Part shown: one piece after another, positions 53,155-64,000 of the stretch
Layout of the letters: every line of letters starts with the position of its first letter
Position numbering within the stretch: the first letter of the stretch is position 1
Source of the DNA: Octopus vulgaris
Lineage: Eukaryota
Direction of reading: 5' to 3'
NCBI GenBank assembly: GCA_951406725.2
Contig: OX597826.1
Span: 19,592,001-19,656,000 of the forward strand
Length of the DNA: 64,000 nt
Made by a program: the position numbers and the translations under genes
Notes under the pieces: generated by a model
What the model was told of the DNA's origin: nothing
The model's database searches: none
The model's input: only the letters and a program-made list of their open reading frames with translations

Positions 53155-54550
53155 CTGGCATGACAAATGAGGAAGATATGGATTATATAAAGAGGTAACA
53201 AAACTTTCTAATAGAGAAGAAATAATATACACAAAACATAGTAATAAAAGAAGATTTTAAGTGTTTATACACACCTAGGCATACTAGCATTTGCATACAG
53301 TAGCAGACAGGTAAGACACATAGGAGATTTCTGTATTTCAAACCTGCCCAACTAAATTATGCACACTAATGTTATGGCTGTCCACCAAATTCAAGGATGA
53401 CCATCTACATTAATCATGCTTATTTTGATGACTGCATATCTCAATCCATCTTCTCTCTCAAATATGGATCTTTTGATTACATATCACTTATTAAGCATTA
53501 GCAACAGAGAACATCTATGCCACACCTACTGTATGCCCTTGCAAGTTAAAAACTAAAGAAGCAGTAGTATTTATTGTCACACACATGCAGGAAATCCTAA
53601 CCACCACAATGGTAACCATCCTGGTCAGCCAAGATTCATGATCCACACTGCAAGAGATACCTGCATGGTGAAGCTTTAAAGTAGTGTTGGAAGCATACAT
53701 TTCCGAATATAACTATCTCTGCCATGAAGGAGATAAATTTAGCTGCAAGGGTAACCCAGGACAAATGGTGCCACTTCCAGTTTCAAGAAACTACCAAAAA
53801 TCCATCATGCTGGAAACTGATTGAAAGCTAAAACTACACTTTGTTTATCTCTGAGTTTACACCCTTTGAATTTCTGAGCTTAACCATAAGAGGACAGCAA
53901 GGCAGTGTAGATAAGTTACTGTCCCATAACTACAAAGTTCTTATTCATTACTCTCTTTGACATATGTCTTCATAAGAACTAAGAGACCGTTATTCACAAA
54001 ATGATCTTAAAGTGCACTCATTCACTATTTGCATGTGAATATTTCAGTGACTTCAGGCATCATTGCTAGATACTCACTGACCCTATATTGGTAACATCTG
54101 TTTATTTAACAGGCCTTACTTTTTGCCCTTCTGGTTTTCTAACAATTCTTCTCCCCAGGTTAATCTGGAGGAGGTGCCAGTTTAGTTACCAGCAGATATA
54201 GCAACCATAATAAAGGTTGTAATAAATTACTTGTTACCAGTAGAACTCAAAGTTACATGGCACACGATCATATACACGTGTGTCCTGCTAAACAGACTGC
54301 AGAGCCTTCTGGACTTCAACAGCTATATTCAGGCCACTCTATAGTACTATATTCATGCCATTCAAGAGTGATATTTTGCTTGCAGTGTCAGTTTCAAGTT
54401 CTTTGAATATGTAACACCAGGGCTGATTGGATATTGATGGGTAGCTCTAATCACGAAAAGTCAAGTAATTAACTTACACTGTACAACACTACAAAATGTC
54501 TAGGAGGAGAATGACTCAAAAATTGTTAAGAACTGCGTAATATCACTTAC

Positions 54551-54630
54551 CGCAAGGTTTTAAATTCATCTTCTCCTTGCTCACAGTACAGGACTGTTCA
54601 GATGCACACTTCAATATTGTTTCATACCCC
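54551..54630 (-). CDS. Internal exon (80 nt, phase 2-1): GYETILKCASEQSCTVSKEKMNLKPC
   Basis: Acceptor ctctattatag and donor GTAAGT. Paralogous to 47035-47114. Confidence 0.85.
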
Positions 54631-54660
54631 CTATAATAGAGTAATAATAATAATAATAAT

Positions 54661-54875
54661 GAGTTGCCAACACTGGAATAACAACAGAAAAAAGATGGTA
54701 TAGGCACACCCCAGAATAGGTCACAGAAAATGAGAAAGCAACCATACTTTGAGATATGCCAATACACACAGACTAAGAACTCAAGACTAATAGGCCAGAT
54801 ATAGTTGTCAAAGATCACCAAGGAAAAAAAAAATGCTTTTTAACAGATGACAATGTTTCTCTAAAAGAAACAGGA
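54661..54875 (+). mobile_element. R4/Dong-like endonuclease fragment next to (TAA)n
   Basis: KRWYRHTPE..VTENEKATIL..DMPIHTD...NRPDIVV. Confidence 0.7.
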
Positions 54876-54929
54876 AATCAAAATACTCTATTATTATAAA
54901 TTCATCCCACAGGGGGAGGTGGTCTCCAA

Positions 54930-55265
54930 TTTTCCATACATGATCAGCTATACTCAATTTATCAACATCTTCATGTCACAGCTTTCTGATGTTTCTCTAC
55001 CCTTATTCTGAGGGGGTGGCATGTTTTGCCTTTGTATAACCAACCGCAGCTGCATGGGATGGAGTATATGCAGTCTTTGGTCATATTCCCTTCCATTGGT
55101 GCTTTTACCCAAAGGGGATATTCATGAAGTGTTGTATTACTCTTGAATACTGTCCTGATGTCATATGAGCCACATATCTTTTTTATCTTTTCGGAGAGGC
55201 CATTCACATCGGGTACACAGACTGTAGATAGTTTATTGCTTTCATCCTCTCTTTTCTTCATAACT
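54930..55265 (-). pseudogene. PLE GIY-YIG endonuclease fragment
   Basis: CIYSIPCSCGWLYKGKT...RVEKH matches VYxIPCxCGxxYIGxT...RxxEH. Confidence 0.85.
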
Positions 55266-55292
55266 GAAGTGGATAGTACGTATACATATACA

Positions 55293-56068
55293 TATCATCA
55301 TCATCATCATCGTTTAACGTCTGTTCTCCATGCTAGCATGGGTTGGACGGTTCGACCGGGAATCTGGGAAGCCAGAAGGCTGCACCAGGCTCAGGTCTTA
55401 TCTGGCAATGTTTCTACAGCTGGATGCTCTTCCTAACGCCAACCACTCCGTGAGTGTAGTGGGTGCTTTTTACGTGCCACCTGCACTGGTGCCAGGCGAG
55501 GCTGGCATCGGCCATGGTCGGATTGGTGCATTTTACGTGCCACCTGCACGGAAGCCAGTCGAGGCGGCACTGGCTTTGGCCACGATTCGGATGGTGCTTT
55601 TTACGTGCCACCGACATGGAAGCCAGTCGAGGCGGCGCTGGCATCGGCCACGATTCGGATAGTGCTTTTTACGTATCTCCAGTCCAGGGGTCCTGGCATC
55701 TGCCGGGTGCCAGTCATAGCATTTGTTCAATTTCGATTCCGATTTCACTTGCCCCAACAGGTCTTCGCAAGCAAAGGGGGGTAAGCATAGGTGCCTGTCG
55801 TCGGATGAGGTTCGATATCGACTTCGCTTGCCTCAACAGGTCTTTGTGTGTCCAAGGGAAGAAAGGCATGCATAAGTGGGCTGGACTCAATTGTCCTGCC
55901 TGGTCTTTTCACGCATCTTATAGAGTTTCTACCTACATCTTTGCTACAGATCGAGCAGGGCCATCTACCTGAAGGCGTTTTTGATTTGTCTACCTTCCTA
56001 CTTATTACGACTTTGGTTTTAGCTTGATTGACTCTAAGGCCCTTTGATTCTAAACCTTGCTTCCACAA
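55293..56068 (-). mobile_element. RTE LINE 3' end with internal deletion
   Basis: [13 protein letters not shown]...RWPCSIC joined directly to the ORF end, followed by 3' UTR subrepeats and a (GAT)n tail. Confidence 0.85.
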
Positions 56069-56082
56069 GGTGATTAGTTTCC

Positions 56083-57514
<1,432 letters not shown>

Positions 57515-57588
57515 TATATATGAATATATATATATATATGAATATATATATATATATATATGAATATATATATGAATATATATATATA

Positions 57589-59750
<2,162 letters not shown>

Positions 59751-59884
59751 TATGTATTCGCATAGCAAGTAATTTGATCTGAGATCGTGTGCTGAAACGA
59801 AAACAATTGCAGCGTGGAAGGTGTTTATAAGCCATTTAAGAAACACACAAAAGCCGTTCGATTCACTCCAACATTTAAGTTTAA

Positions 59885-59934
59885 TTTGTCAAAATATTTT
59901 CGTCGCTAAAATCCGCGACCTGTTCACTGACAAA
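59885..59934 (-). ncRNA. Type I hammerhead-like motif with swapped G3:C8 core
   Basis: UUUGUCA-GUGAACA-G-GUCGC-ggauuuua-GCGAC-GAAA-AUAU-UU/UGACAAA: perfect 7-bp stem I and 5-bp stem II. Confidence 0.6.
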
Positions 59935-59974
59935 GTCCGTGCTGTATATATATATATATATATGAATATATATA

Positions 59975-60433
<459 letters not shown>

Positions 60434-60533
60434 NNNNNNNNNNNNNNNNNNNNNNNNNNNNNNNNNNNNNNNNNNNNNNNNNNNNNNNNNNNNNNNNNNN
60501 NNNNNNNNNNNNNNNNNNNNNNNNNNNNNNNNN
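60434..60533. other. Assembly gap (100 N)
   Basis: Run of n. Confidence 1.
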
Positions 60534-60819
60534 ATATGTGTATGTGCGTGTATGTGTATGTATGCATATATGTATGTATGCATGTATATGTGTATGTATA
60601 TATGTGTGTAAGTGTGTGCATATATGTATATGTAAGTATGTGTGCGTGTATGAGTATGTATGTATGCTTGCACACGTGTATATATGTGTGTGTGTGTATA
60701 TATATGGATGCACGTGCGTGTGTGCACGTGTATGGGTACGCATGTATATGTGTATGTGCGTGTATGTGTATACGTGTATGTATGTATGTGTGTGCGTATA
60801 TTTGTATATGTATGTGTGA

Positions 60820-60850
<31 letters not shown>

Positions 60851-61054
60851 GATGGGTGTGTGTATGCGTATAAATGCATGTAAGTATGGATGTATGGATG
60901 TATGTATGTATGTATACGTATGTATGTGTTTGTGTGTATATGTATGTATGTGTGTGTATGTGTGTATATATATATATATATATGTGTGTATATATGTTTG
61001 TGTATGTATATATATGTGTATGTATGTGTGTGTATATATATGTGTATGTGTATG

Positions 61055-61114
<60 letters not shown>

Positions 61115-61503
61115 TATGTATCTGTATGTAGGAGTATATGTGTGTGTGTGTATGTATATGTGTATATATATATATATGTATATTTATTGGTGTATATGTA
61201 TAGACTAGCCTCCTAAAGTGTAGACACGAATCTGTAGGTACGAGTACGTATGTGTATATACGTGAACGTATGTAGATGTTTGTATGTATGAATATAACGC
61301 GTGCGTACGTGTATGTGTATGAGTGTACGAATGGGTGAATGTACGTGCTAATGAGTGTGCGTGCGGGAATGAGTACTTGCCTTCTAGTAGACAGACAAAT
61401 GGACATGCTGCCATAGCCAGGATCCTTAGCTCTAGCGATCAAAGATAACAAAAGTAATAAATGAAGATAATAAAATTAAAATTAGGGAATGGGCCTGTAT
61501 TGG

Positions 61504-61552
<49 letters not shown>

Positions 61553-61659
61553 GTGTATGTGTAGGTATGTATAGGTACACATGTGTATGTGTATGTGTAT
61601 GTATGTGTGTATATGTATGTATGTGCACACATGTATATATATGTATGCGTGTATATGTA

Positions 61660-61697
<38 letters not shown>

Positions 61698-62404
61698 TAT
61701 GTGTATGTGGGTGTATGTATATATAGGTGTAAATATGTGTATATAGGGAACTAGGTGTGTTGTGTGTGCATGAGTGTATGTGCGTATGAATATATATTTT
61801 TCTGTGTATATATGTATGTGTGGTCGTGGGTATATATATACATGTGTGTATGCGTGCATGCATGGGAGTGAGTGTATGCATATATACGTGTGTGTATGTG
61901 TAGACAGGTATATGCATGTGCATGTGTATAAATTTGTATATGTGGGCGGGTGTATGTATGTGTGTATGTAGATATGTATGTATATGTGTATATATGTATA
62001 TGTGTATATATATATATATGTATATATATATGTGTGTGTATATATATGTGTGTAGATACGTATACATATGTGTATAGGTATAAGTGAGAATCTCCTTATT
62101 TACCTATAACTCTATCCCCCCTTTTTTTTTTATATATATATATTTTTTTTTTTATATATATATATTTTTTATATATATTTTTTATTTTTTTATTTTTTTA
62201 TTTTTTTATTTTTTTATTTTATTATTTTATTATTTTTTTATTTATTTTTTTATTTATCTATTCTTTCATCTAACTTACCACTGACTCCTTGACCACTCCC
62301 CCAAGTATGATATTTTGCGCTATGCCTACCCCCAAAAAAGTCCCCCACCACCACTCCTTTAAACCTGCCTAAATGTATAAATGCTAATACAATTCTTGTT
62401 AAAT

Positions 62405-62455
62405 AGCTTCCTGAAGATTTCTCTTGAATGAAACAGTACTAGTCCTGTAGAAGCT
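62405..62455 (+). ncRNA. Type I hammerhead ribozyme
   Basis: AGCUUC-CUGAAGA-U-UUC-ucuu-GAA-U-GAAACAG-uacuaguc-CUGUA/GAAGCU: 6-bp stem I, 4-bp stem III and GUA triplet; predicted cut after 62449. Confidence 0.85.
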
Positions 62456-62541
62456 CCTTCTATATAATAAATTAATTTTACTCTGCTATGTATTGAGTAC
62501 CTTACTTACTGTGGTTAACCCCGAATCAACCCGGGACCTAC

Positions 62542-63739
<1,198 letters not shown>

Positions 63740-64000
63740 TACAAAATTAGAGAATGGAGAAACATACTTAAATCAGTAAAACATCAACTATCCGATGATA
63801 CTCAATCCATACTTTAATACACCATTACATATGAGTAAAGGCAATATATAAAATGAAATGAGATATACAGTAATAGTAAAAGTAAAAAGATAAAGAGATA
63901 TAAGTAAAAAATTTCAAATATAATATGCAAATAAATCAAAACTGACAGCTGTTTCGGCAGTGAGGACAGTCATACCTCATTTAACCTATAAGCCATAAAG

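Overview
AT-rich, repeat-dominated animal genomic DNA. The SINE/LINE types and very long (TA)n and (CATA)n arrays resemble a coleoid cephalopod such as Octopus (inference, no search run). There is a 100-N assembly gap at 60434-60533. Most ORF-track entries are microsatellite artefacts. Transposable elements: a Gypsy integrase/LTR remnant and solo LTRs, three CR1-group LINEs (one with an almost intact APE-RT ORF), RTE LINEs with a PHD finger and a tandemly amplified 3' UTR, R4/Dong-type and Penelope-like (PLE) fragments, mariners, hAT ends, Helentron-like HINEs and tRNA-derived SINEs. Host genes not shown by the ORF track: (i) four phase-compatible minus-strand exons encoding a Cys-repeat protein with a GPI-type tail (54630 down to 42842), and (ii) a probable first coding exon at 8084-8141 in a CpG-rich promoter. 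The most striking signal is a set of type I hammerhead-ribozyme folds in short unique islands between (TA)n arrays, probably PLE terminal-repeat remnants. Their cores vary at the tertiary 3:8 pair: C3:G8 (CUGAAGA), U3:A8 (UUGAUAA) and a swapped G3:C8 (GUGAACA). All folds and coordinates were derived by eye and self-cleavage is untested.
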